Origin: an archaeon
GTDB taxonomy: Archaea; Nanobdellota; Nanobdellia; SCGC-AAA011-G17; GW2011-AR17
DNA: 32,000 nt
Reading direction: 5' to 3'
Assembly (NCBI GenBank): GCA_018692925.1
Contig: JABHLH010000002.1
Location: forward strand, 1-32,000
Numbering within the stretch: the stretch's first letter is position 1; every line of letters starts with the position of its first letter. Position numbers and translations under genes: made by a program. Positions 15,306 through 24,200 of the stretch are shown piece by piece. The notes under the pieces are model-generated. The model saw nothing but the letters and a program-made list of their open reading frames with translations, was not told where the DNA came from and did not search any database.

Positions 15306-16792
15306 TTCAAAGCAAACCTTAGAATAGCAGCAATTCTACCAATATCTTTTAACTGTGCTCCTTCAGAAGTTTCTGTACTAATTAATATTACTTCGGCACC
15401 TGTTTCTTCAGCTTTATCTTCATATCTTTCAACCATATCATCATCTAAAGCTTCTGATAATAATAATTTATCCACAGCACCCATTTCTAAAGCCTTATCC
15501 ACTTCTGTTTCACCATAAACAACTTTATTAGCTTCTTGAGACAACAATCTAAAAAATTCAGCCATAATTTTTCTCTCTGTAATAATAGCTTCATCTGATA
15601 AAATATCTGCACTTTTTTCAACTAACTCTTTCAGACCCCAACTTCCAGTATAACTTAAATCCTGAACAGAAATTACTTTTCTTTTCAATTGTTCATTCAA
15701 ATGTCCTTTATCTACAAAAGTATTTTTAGTCATTCCTGGTCCACCTACTAAAATTCCTTTCATATCTTTTAATCCTAAGAAAGCTTTATTTGCAGCATCT
15801 GCAATTCTACCAAAAAAATCTTTAGCTGCTTCTTCTCTTATTCTTGCAAATCTTTGTGCAGAATTATGAACAACTAATCCTTCGACGACAAAATTCTTTT
15901 TTTCAACTTCAATATCAATTAAAGGAATTTCTTTTTCTTCAATATTAATGCTATTAATAACTACTCCTGTACCTTTATCACTTAACAATTCCATTCCTTC
16001 TTCTAAATCTTTAGCAGCTTTTTCTTCTTTATTACTTAAGAAAAATACATGGTCTTCAGAACTTTCAATAACTCTCTCTCCTGCTTTTATTTTGTAAATT
16101 CTATTTTTTTTCTCTTCCCATTTCTTTAAAACTTTTGAACCAACAAAATCTTCAGTATCAAAATCATAACTTAAAACTTCATCACCTTCTTGAATTTCTT
16201 CAATTGGAATAAATTGTCCATCTGCTAAATGTACTGAACTATCTGGATGTAAACATTGTCCTCCAGCTTTTGTTTTTCCTGGTACTGCTGAGTGCATACT
16301 TTTTAATTCAATAATTGATGTACCTTTTAATAATCCAACATCTGCATCTCTTTTATCTAAAACTAAAAGTCCATAGCTCTCTCTTAATTCAACCATCTCT
16401 TTCAAAACATCAAGAACAAATTTTTGATCACACCTATATAATCTCATTTTCATAGGCTGTGGAGGTTCTACACTAAAAACTTGAATATCCACTTTGCCTT
16501 CTTTATCTGAAACATTTCCTGAAAAAATAGCTAATCCATTTTTTGGATTTTTCTTAAATGTTCTCAGGTGTCTAATCATTTTTTCTAAAGAATCAACAAC
16601 ATGTGTTTGTGTAGTTTTATCTTTAATATTAGAAGCTGTTCCTTGTTCTTGTTGTAAATGTTGAATAATTTTTATAAGATCATAACCTGCTGGCACATAA
16701 ACAGAGACTAATTCAGTATGTCTACCTCGAATTTTTTCAAGACTTCTTACAAATCTCTTTAACTTCTGTTTTTCTTTTTTATTGTCAGCCAT
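15302..16792 (-). CDS. prf1: Peptide chain release factor aRF1, interrupted by a mini-intein
   Basis: 496 aa. Motifs TASNIKD (NIKS-type), YRCDQKF (YxCxxxF), GGQ at aa 177-179 and SAQRFARIREE resuming at aa 311. The C-terminal domain is typical of aRF1/eRF1. Confidence 0.9.
   Translation of the reverse strand: MADNKKEKQKLKRFVRSLEKIRGRHTELVSVYVPAGYDLIKIIQHLQQEQGTASNIKDKTTQTHVVDSLEKMIRHLRTFKKNPKNGLAIFSGNVSDKEGKVDIQVFSVEPPQPMKMRLYRCDQKFVLDVLKEMVELRESYGLLVLDKRDADVGLLKGTSIIELKSMHSAVPGKTKAGGQCLHPDSSVHLADGQFIPIEEIQEGDEVLSYDFDTEDFVGSKVLKKWEEKKNRIYKIKAGERVIESSEDHVFFLSNKEEKAAKDLEEGMELLSDKGTGVVINSINIEEKEIPLIDIEVEKKNFVVEGLVVHNSAQRFARIREEAAKDFFGRIADAANKAFLGLKDMKGILVGGPGMTKNTFVDKGHLNEQLKRKVISVQDLSYTGSWGLKELVEKSADILSDEAIITERKIMAEFFRLLSQEANKVVYGETEVDKALEMGAVDKLLLSEALDDDMVERYEDKAEETGAEVILISTETSEGAQLKDIGRIAAILRFALN
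15863..16255 (-). mobile_element. Mini-intein (131 aa, no homing endonuclease domain) inserted between GGQ and S of aRF1
   Basis: The junctions read GGQ|CLHPDSSVHLADG ... VVEGLVVHN|SAQRF. Cys1 is TGT at 16255..16253. The terminal His-Asn is at 15868..15863 and the +1 Ser at 15862..15860. A block-B-like SSEDH is present. The size is too small for an endonuclease. Confidence 0.85.
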
Positions 16793-16835
16793 ATTCTATA
16801 TATTACTCTCTTTTTATCTTTTAAAAGTATTATTG

Positions 16836-19232
16836 TTACAGTTTTACTTCGATTTTTTTACCAAAACTAATCTTTTCAGCTTTTGTAACTGATTTAAGAT
16901 CTTCAAGGAAAGGTTTTACTTCCTCTTCACTTAAATCTAAAACTATTTCTTTAACTGCCTCTTTTAGTGATAAACTATTTTCAGATTTTACTTTTCTTAC
17001 TAATCCAATAACTTCAATTAATTTATCTCCAATTTCTTCAGCTTTTTCATCTATTAACTTAGAATTATACTCTGGCCATGAACTAATATGTACAGATTTT
17101 ATTTTTTCTTTCTTTGCAAAATACAATTGATAAATTTCTTCAGTAATGTGTGGCATAATTGGCGCCATCATTTTAATAATTCCATTAAGACTTTGTTCTA
17201 AACATTCTTGTCCACTTTCTCTTCCTTCTTTACTTCTTTTTTCAGGATTATACAATCTATCTTTAGCTATTTCTAAATAATTATCACAGAAATTTTGCCA
17301 GAAAAAATTATCTGCTTTAGATTTTGCATTGAAAAAATTATAATTATCTAAACTTTCTGTAGCTTCTTTTATTGTTTTATGTAATTTTGTAATTAACCAT
17401 TTATCAAAAGCTTCACTAACTTTACTCTCTTTATAATCTTCAAGGTGCATTTGACAAAACTTTGAAGCATTCCATAATTTTGTAACTGTTTTCTTTCCTG
17501 TAACTAACTCTTTTTCTTGGAAAGGCAAATCATCTCCTAGTTTCGCACTTCCTGCCATAAATCTTAAAGCATCTGCAGAATATTTATCAATCATCCCTTG
17601 AGGTTCAATAATATTCCCTTTTGATTTTGCCATTTTTTTACCATAAGGATCTAAGATCCATCCATTGATGAAACAATCTTTCCAAGGTAACATATCAAAA
17701 TGTAATTTACTCTTTGCAACTGTATTAAATAACCAGAATGAAATAATATCATGACCTTGTGGTCTATAGTCCATTGGTCTTTCAATTAAATAATCATAAA
17801 CTTTTTTCCCTTTAAACAATTCTTTAACAATTGTTGGGGTCAATGAAGAAGTAGCCCATGTATTAATTATATCTTTCTCTCCAATAATTTTTTCACTTTG
17901 ACATTTAGGACATTTATCGACTGGTGCTTTATCTTCAGTAGGGTCTACAGGTAAATCTTTTTCTTTTGCTAGAATAACTTCATCACAATCTTCACAGTAC
18001 CAAACTGGGAACGGAATTCCAAAATGAATTTGTCTAGATATACACCAATCCCATTGTAAACCTTTAACCCAATTATCATATCTATTTTTCATATGTTTTG
18101 GGAACCAATTTAATTCTCCACCTAATTTCAAAAAATCTTCTTTTAAATCTAAATATTTAATGAACCATTGTTTAGAATGAATAAATTCAATTGCAGTTCC
18201 ACATCTCTCATGAACATTTACAGCATGAGTAATTGGTTCTTGTTTTAATAACAATCCTTCTTTTTTCATTTCTTCTAAAATTTCTTTTCTAGCTTCAACA
18301 ATTTTTAATCCTTCATACTTTCCTGCTATAGAAGTCATTTTTCCATTCTTTCCAATTGCTTCTTTGATAGGTAGATTGTGTGCTTTTTGCCATTCCATAT
18401 CGACTGTATCTCCGAATGTACAACACATTACTAAACCTGTTCCTTTTTCAGGGTCTGCTCTTTCATCTTCTAGAATTGGAACTTCGAAATCAAACAAAGG
18501 AACTTTTGCTTTTTTACCTTTTAATTCTTGATATCTTTTATCTTTTTTATTATAAAATACAGCAACACAAGCAGGTAAAAGTTCTGGTCTTGTTGTTGCA
18601 ACAACTAATTCTTTTTTTCCAGACTTAAACACAATATCATTAAATGAAGAACTCATCTCTTTATCTTCACATTCTACTTGTGAAATTGCAGTTTGGCATT
18701 TTGGACAATACATTGCTGCAGCTTCTTTTCTATATTGTCTTCCTGAATTATATAAATCAATGAAAGATTTTTGAGAAATCCTTTGAGAATGTTTATCAAT
18801 TGTTGAATAATTAACTTCAAAATCACAACTTATTCCTAAGTCTTTCCAATCTTGAATATATTTTGGTTTTAATTCATTATTTATTGTATCTAAACACAAT
18901 TTTCTAAACTCTTTCCTATCCATTTTATTAGCATTAACTTTTTTCAATTTTTGGACTAGAATTTGTGTTGGTAATCCATTATCATCAGTACCTAAAGGTT
19001 GCAAAACATTGAATCCTTTCATTCTTTTATATCTTGCAATAAAATCTTGTTGGCTATTTCCAAAAGCATGTCCCATGTGCATTCTACCTGAAACTGTAGG
19101 TGGTGGAGTATCAATAGAAAATATCTTTTTATCACTATTAGAATCAAATTTGTAAATACTTTCTTTTTCCCAATACTCTTGCCATTTCTTTTCTGAAACT
19201 TTAGGGTCATATTTCTTTGGAATTTCACTCAT
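16836..19232 (-). CDS. valS: Valyl-tRNA synthetase
   Basis: 798 aa. Motifs PPPTVSGRMHMGHAF (HIGH), TTRPELLPACVAV and KMAKSKGN (KMSKS), plus CP1 editing-domain-length insertions. The pattern is typical of ValRS rather than IleRS or LeuRS. Confidence 0.9.
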   Translation of the reverse strand: MSEIPKKYDPKVSEKKWQEYWEKESIYKFDSNSDKKIFSIDTPPPTVSGRMHMGHAFGNSQQDFIARYKRMKGFNVLQPLGTDDNGLPTQILVQKLKKVNANKMDRKEFRKLCLDTINNELKPKYIQDWKDLGISCDFEVNYSTIDKHSQRISQKSFIDLYNSGRQYRKEAAAMYCPKCQTAISQVECEDKEMSSSFNDIVFKSGKKELVVATTRPELLPACVAVFYNKKDKRYQELKGKKAKVPLFDFEVPILEDERADPEKGTGLVMCCTFGDTVDMEWQKAHNLPIKEAIGKNGKMTSIAGKYEGLKIVEARKEILEEMKKEGLLLKQEPITHAVNVHERCGTAIEFIHSKQWFIKYLDLKEDFLKLGGELNWFPKHMKNRYDNWVKGLQWDWCISRQIHFGIPFPVWYCEDCDEVILAKEKDLPVDPTEDKAPVDKCPKCQSEKIIGEKDIINTWATSSLTPTIVKELFKGKKVYDYLIERPMDYRPQGHDIISFWLFNTVAKSKLHFDMLPWKDCFINGWILDPYGKKMAKSKGNIIEPQGMIDKYSADALRFMAGSAKLGDDLPFQEKELVTGKKTVTKLWNASKFCQMHLEDYKESKVSEAFDKWLITKLHKTIKEATESLDNYNFFNAKSKADNFFWQNFCDNYLEIAKDRLYNPEKRSKEGRESGQECLEQSLNGIIKMMAPIMPHITEEIYQLYFAKKEKIKSVHISSWPEYNSKLIDEKAEEIGDKLIEVIGLVRKVKSENSLSLKEAVKEIVLDLSEEEVKPFLEDLKSVTKAEKISFGKKIEVKL

Positions 19233-19313
19233 ATAAAGCTTTTATTCGACGGAATTTAAATACTTTTCTAATAGAAACTTTTATAAATAAAACCTTTGGT
19301 TTCAGAACTTAAT
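19233..19313. promoter_or_regulatory. Divergent promoter region with two TATA boxes (valS and GGDEF gene), both implying leaderless mRNAs
   Basis: GTATTTAAAT (rc of 19254..19263) is centred about 26 nt from the valS ATG (19232). TTTATAAATA at 19280..19289 is centred about 29 nt before the ATG at 19314. Confidence 0.45.
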
Positions 19314-20111
19314 ATGACAGAAAGAACTGAATTAGAAGCGTATCTAAATGTATTCTTAGAAGAGCCTAGTATGGCTACTTTTGAAGCAATTTCAGAAGTG
19401 CTTGATCCTTCAGTTTTACCAGAATTATTAGATTTTACTTATTCATTTATCCTTGAACAAAGAGATCCTCAATATTTTGATTTGCTTATTGAATTAAATA
19501 ACAAAAAAGATGAGATGCGTAAAGCTAAATTTGAAGATTTAAGACAACTTTCAACTTTAGATCCATTAACTGGTTTACCTAATAGAAGAGGTTTATATCA
19601 AAGATTAGACTCCTTAATGTCTATTGCTTCAAGAAAAAGTTCTCCTCTATCAATCAGTATTTTAGATATTGACCACTTCAAAAGATTTAATGATACTCAT
19701 GGTCACCTAGTAGGTGATGAAGCTTTAACTTATTTTGGAAATTTTTTCAAAGAGAGACTTAGAGGTTCTGATTTAATTTCAAGGTTTGGGGGGGAGGAAT
19801 TTGTTGTATGTCTTTATGGCCCTTCATATGCTAGTGCAATTGATAAAATTAAAGATCTAGGTAGAAGTATTCAAACAGAATCTTTAAGATGGGAATATTC
19901 TGCTTCTGGTGTTAATCCTATTAGTTTTAGTGCAGGCTTATCTTGGTTATCTTCACCTTCTTCTCCAGGTTCTAATTTTACAGAAAAAATAACTGAACTT
20001 CTAAATTTTGCAGATAGAAATCTGTATAAAGCAAAAGAATCTGGAAGAAATGCTTTAGTCTCTTCAAAAGTGGGTTTCAGAAATAGTGAGAGTTTACACC
20101 ATTTTGCATAA
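19314..20111 (+). CDS. GGDEF-domain diguanylate cyclase with intact active site and I-site, plus an ~80-aa unknown N-terminal domain
   Basis: The track ORF starts at TTG 19296; ATG 19314 fits the TATA spacing. Motifs: DPLTGLPNRRG, ILDIDHFKRFNDTHGHLVGDEAL, RGSD (19761..19772) then 5 aa then GGEEF (19788..19802), and FADRNLYKAKESGRNA. Confidence 0.85.
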   Translation: MTERTELEAYLNVFLEEPSMATFEAISEVLDPSVLPELLDFTYSFILEQRDPQYFDLLIELNNKKDEMRKAKFEDLRQLSTLDPLTGLPNRRGLYQRLDSLMSIASRKSSPLSISILDIDHFKRFNDTHGHLVGDEALTYFGNFFKERLRGSDLISRFGGEEFVVCLYGPSYASAIDKIKDLGRSIQTESLRWEYSASGVNPISFSAGLSWLSSPSSPGSNFTEKITELLNFADRNLYKAKESGRNALVSSKVGFRNSESLHHFA

Positions 20112-20155
20112 ATCTAACCAAAATCTTTAATAACTAAGTTCTCATTAATCATTAT

Positions 20156-21265
20156 ATGTCAACTGTAACACCTTGGGAAGTTAAAGGGAATCTTAATTAT
20201 GGTAAACTGATAAAAAAATTCGGATTAAAACCTTTGAAGAAACTTCCAAAAATATTTGATGACAATCTTTTATTTAGAAGGTATCTTATTTTTGCTCACA
20301 GAGACTTTGACAGAATCCTAAAATCTATAAAAGAAAAAAAACCATTTGTAATGATGACTGGCCTTATGCCTTCAGGAAAATTTCACTTTGGTCATAAAAT
20401 GGTTGCAGATCAAATTATTTTTTATCAAAAACTAGGTGCAAAAATTTATCTTACTGTAGCAGATGTTGAAGCTTACAATTCTAGAAATCCTAATTTGGAA
20501 GAATTAAGAAAAACTGCAATAGAAGAATATCTAACAAATTATGTTGCTTTAGGTTTAGACTTAAAAAAGTGTGATTTTTATTTTCAATCTTCAAGATCAA
20601 AAGATGGAAAAAAATCAAATGCATATTATAGTTTAGCTAACATGTTATCAAGACATGCAACTTACAATGAGTTCAAAGCAATTTATGGAGAGATTTCTCC
20701 TGGAAAAATGGCTTCTTCACTTTTACAAGCTGCTGACATGCTTCATCCTCAATTAAAGGAATTTGAAGGTATTATTCCTGTAGTAATTCCTGTTGGTTCA
20801 GATCAGGATCCTCACATCAGATTAGCAAGAGATCTTTCACAAAGAATTAAACTTTTCAAGTTCATGCAATTAAGTTCAACTTATCATAAATTTTTACCTG
20901 GGTTAAAAGGTGATAAAATGTCTTCTTCAGATGCAACAAGTTTTATTGCATTAACAGATTCTCCTAAAGAGGCAACAAGAAAAATAATGAAGTATGCTTT
21001 TTCTGGTGGTCAAGCTACTTTAGAAGAACATAGAAAAAAAGGTGGTAACCCAGATGTTGATGTTGCTTTCCAAATGTTACTTTATGGTTTAGAAGAAGAT
21101 GATAAACAATTAAAAAATATCTTTAACGATTACAAATCTGGAAAATTACTTTCTGGTGAACTAAAAAAATATACTGCAGAAAAAATTTCTAAATTTTTAG
21201 AAGAGCATCAAAAGAAAAGAATCAAAGCAAAAAAAGAAGTTGAAAAATTCTTAAAAAATCTATAA
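20156..21265 (+). CDS. trpS: Tryptophanyl-tRNA synthetase (archaeal/eukaryotic type)
   Basis: 369 aa. Motifs TPWEVKGNLNYGKLIKKFG (compare the DPW...DYDKLI..FG N-terminus of this TrpRS type), PSGKFHFGH (HIGH), GSDQDPHIRLARD, KMSSS and AFSGGQATLEEHRKKGGNPDVDV. Confidence 0.85.
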   Translation: MSTVTPWEVKGNLNYGKLIKKFGLKPLKKLPKIFDDNLLFRRYLIFAHRDFDRILKSIKEKKPFVMMTGLMPSGKFHFGHKMVADQIIFYQKLGAKIYLTVADVEAYNSRNPNLEELRKTAIEEYLTNYVALGLDLKKCDFYFQSSRSKDGKKSNAYYSLANMLSRHATYNEFKAIYGEISPGKMASSLLQAADMLHPQLKEFEGIIPVVIPVGSDQDPHIRLARDLSQRIKLFKFMQLSSTYHKFLPGLKGDKMSSSDATSFIALTDSPKEATRKIMKYAFSGGQATLEEHRKKGGNPDVDVAFQMLLYGLEEDDKQLKNIFNDYKSGKLLSGELKKYTAEKISKFLEEHQKKRIKAKKEVEKFLKNL

Positions 21266-21297
21266 ACTTATAAATATTATTTACTACTATACACTTT

Positions 21298-24200
21298 ATG
21301 AAAAAGGGGCTCATATTTATTATCTTAATTTTATTAGTCGTACCATGTGTTTTTGCACAAGAAACTGTTAACGAACAAATCGAAGTTCTCACTGATACTG
21401 CATTGGAGTATGAGAGAGGAAATCTTAACTATGCACAACTTATGATGTTGTCAAATTTAATTAAAGAAGAGATAAATTCTAATCTTGGTGAATTTAAATT
21501 TGAAGAACATGGTCCAAGTGGAATTACTGCTGAAGCTGCAGAAGATTTCTTTGGCAGACCTCAACATTATACTAAACATGCTTGGAGTATGAATGAAGAA
21601 AGAGATGTTTTTCTGGATGAAGCTCTACCTTCTTTTGAAAAAGTCCTTTTTGATGGACACAAAATAAAAATCACTTTTAATGCTTGGCCCCATGTATTAA
21701 CTGCTGATGAAGAAATCACTGTTTTTTATTGGACAGATTTTAGAGTAATTTTCAAAAATGATTTTGATTTAGATCCTTCTGAAATGGTATCAGCTGTAAA
21801 AAGTATAGGTACAGATTTTTCTAATGGTCAAGCTTCTGCATCTGATGTTGCAAGTACAATCCAAGAATATCAAAGTGTTTTAAATTCTTATCTTGAAGAG
21901 AATAGAGATAATTGTGAATCTTCAATTTCAAGTTTATTTTCAGAAGCAGTTTATGAAGAAGAACGAGACAGTTACACTTCAACTATTTATGAAGGTGATA
22001 ACTTAAATTTTATTATTGGAGTTCAAACTCCAAATTGTGATAATGGCTGTGAATGGCCTTGGATTAATTTATGGGGCAGAGAGGAATTTTTTGGTGGAAT
22101 GTATCCAGAAGACGAACAAAATTATTATGAACCTAATTATGAAGAATATGAATTTAAAGATTATACTATTGAGGAACTAGAAACAAGGTTAGGTGATTTA
22201 CTAAATGATATTTATAGAAATGCAAATCAAGTTGATGAAGGCAGAGGTTCTATGTCATCAGTTTATGCTTCTGTAGAAGAATTAAGATTTGTAGTTGAAC
22301 ATATGTTAGAAAAAAGTGTTTGGCAAGAAAATGGAAACATTGATTCATACAACGATATATTATCTAGACTTATTAATTCTCTTTCAGAATATGACAGTCC
22401 TGAAAAAGAAACTGTAACTGAAAAAAGATGGGAAAATAAATTAGTTGAAAATACTGTTTCTAACCAAGATGCTTGGTGTAGAGAAATATCTTATGAAAAA
22501 TGTGACATTACTCAAGATGCTTGTATTGAAGGAGGGTGTACAAATGCTTTAGGTGGTGCTGAAATTTGTGATGATGGTCTAGACAATGATGGAGACACAG
22601 TTACAGATTGTGATGATCCTGATTGTGCAAATGAATGTGGAAGAATTTGTGAACCTGTTTGTGAAGAATCTTGTTGGTCTTGTCATAGTGAAAATTGTCA
22701 ATCTACTTGTAACGAATGTTGGGATTGTGATTGGGAGACTGAAGACTGTAATGTAATTTGTGATAGTACTGGTTGTAATGAATGTATAAATAATTGTAAA
22801 TCTCAAGATTTTTGTTCAGCTTGTGTAGAGTGTGAAGGCTCTCAACAATCTAAATCTGATTGTTCTTTTGAGTGTGATCCTTGTGAAGAATGTAAAGTAA
22901 CTTATTCTGATGACCCCGAAGCTTGTATTGATGAATGTCAAACTTGTTCAGATTGTTTAACTCCTTACAATGCACAATGTTATTCTGTTTGTGAAAGTAT
23001 TTCTGAAACTGGTTCTCAAGAAGAAATTTGTAAAAGTCTTTGTGATCAAAATGTAAATTTTTATTGTGGTGGTGGAAAGCAAGATTATCCTTGTGAAGAT
23101 ACAACTTACATTTGTGATGGAACATCACAACCTTTCCCATGTACAATTTACACTTGTCAATTTAATGGTGAAGAAGTAAAACAAACTGTTCCTTGTGATG
23201 AATCTTCTATTTGTGGAGAGAATCAAATATTAAAAGATGAAATTTGTGTTTGTCAATCTGGTTATTATGATTGTGATGGTGATGCAACTTGTGAATCTCA
23301 AGAATCTTGTGGTGGAGCATCTGAAATTTGTGATGACGGTATTGACAATGATGATGACTATTTAGCTGACTGTAGTGATTTAGCTGATTGTAGATTGCAA
23401 TCTTGTGGTGAATCTTTAATTTGTTATGAGGGTGAATGTCAAGATGAAAGTATAACTTCTATTTGTGAAGAGAATCAAAAACTTCTTGAAGGTGAGTGTG
23501 TAGGTGTTTGTGAATTTAATGAAGATTGTTCAGAAGGATATTTTTGTGAATATGGTCTTTGTACTTTGCAAAGTGAATGTGAAATAGATTCGGAATGTTC
23601 TTATGGTGAAATTTGTGTAGACAATTATTGTGTAACAGATAATCCTAGTACTGGTGAAACTTGTACATTAGCATCTGATTGTACAAACCCAAGTGAAGTT
23701 TGTGCTAATGGTGTTTGTGTAGATTTAGAAGTAGAAATGTACTGTGGAGATAATATTTGTGATGAAAGTGAAATAGGTATTTGTTTTGAAGATTGTTTTT
23801 ACGATATAGTTTGTGGTGATAATGTTTGTGACTCTGGTGAAGAAGGTACTTGTCCTGAAGATTGTGGTGAAGAAGAAAAGATTCCAGAAACTGAACCTAT
23901 AGAAGAAGTTGTTGAAGAAGAAGTTATTGAAGAAGAAGTTATTGAAGAAGAAGTTATTGAAGAAGAAATTGTTGTAGAAGAACCTGTACAAGAAGAAGTA
24001 GTTGAAGAAGTTCAAGAAGAAACTGCAGAACCTGCTCAAGACGAAATCACTGGAATGTTTTCAGCAATCACTGGATATTTTTTCAAAGTAACTGGAAATT
24101 ATTATCAAGAAGGAGATTTTTGTGAATCTGATGATGCTTGTAATGCAAATCAAAATTGTGATACTTTCCAAGGTAATTGTTATTGTGAATATGGTTATAC

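Noticed and set aside
19296-19313. The TTG start proposed by the ORF track for the GGDEF gene; likewise the TTG starts at 12798, 14242 and 28535
   Set aside because: In each case an in-frame ATG lies 2-6 codons downstream. That ATG fits the TATA spacing or removes an overlap, so the ATG starts are preferred, with low certainty.
23902-24021. Tandem 15-nt repeats considered as a possible CRISPR or satellite
   Set aside because: The units are contiguous with no spacers, are only 15 nt long, and stay in frame within the long ORF, encoding an acidic EEEVI linker.
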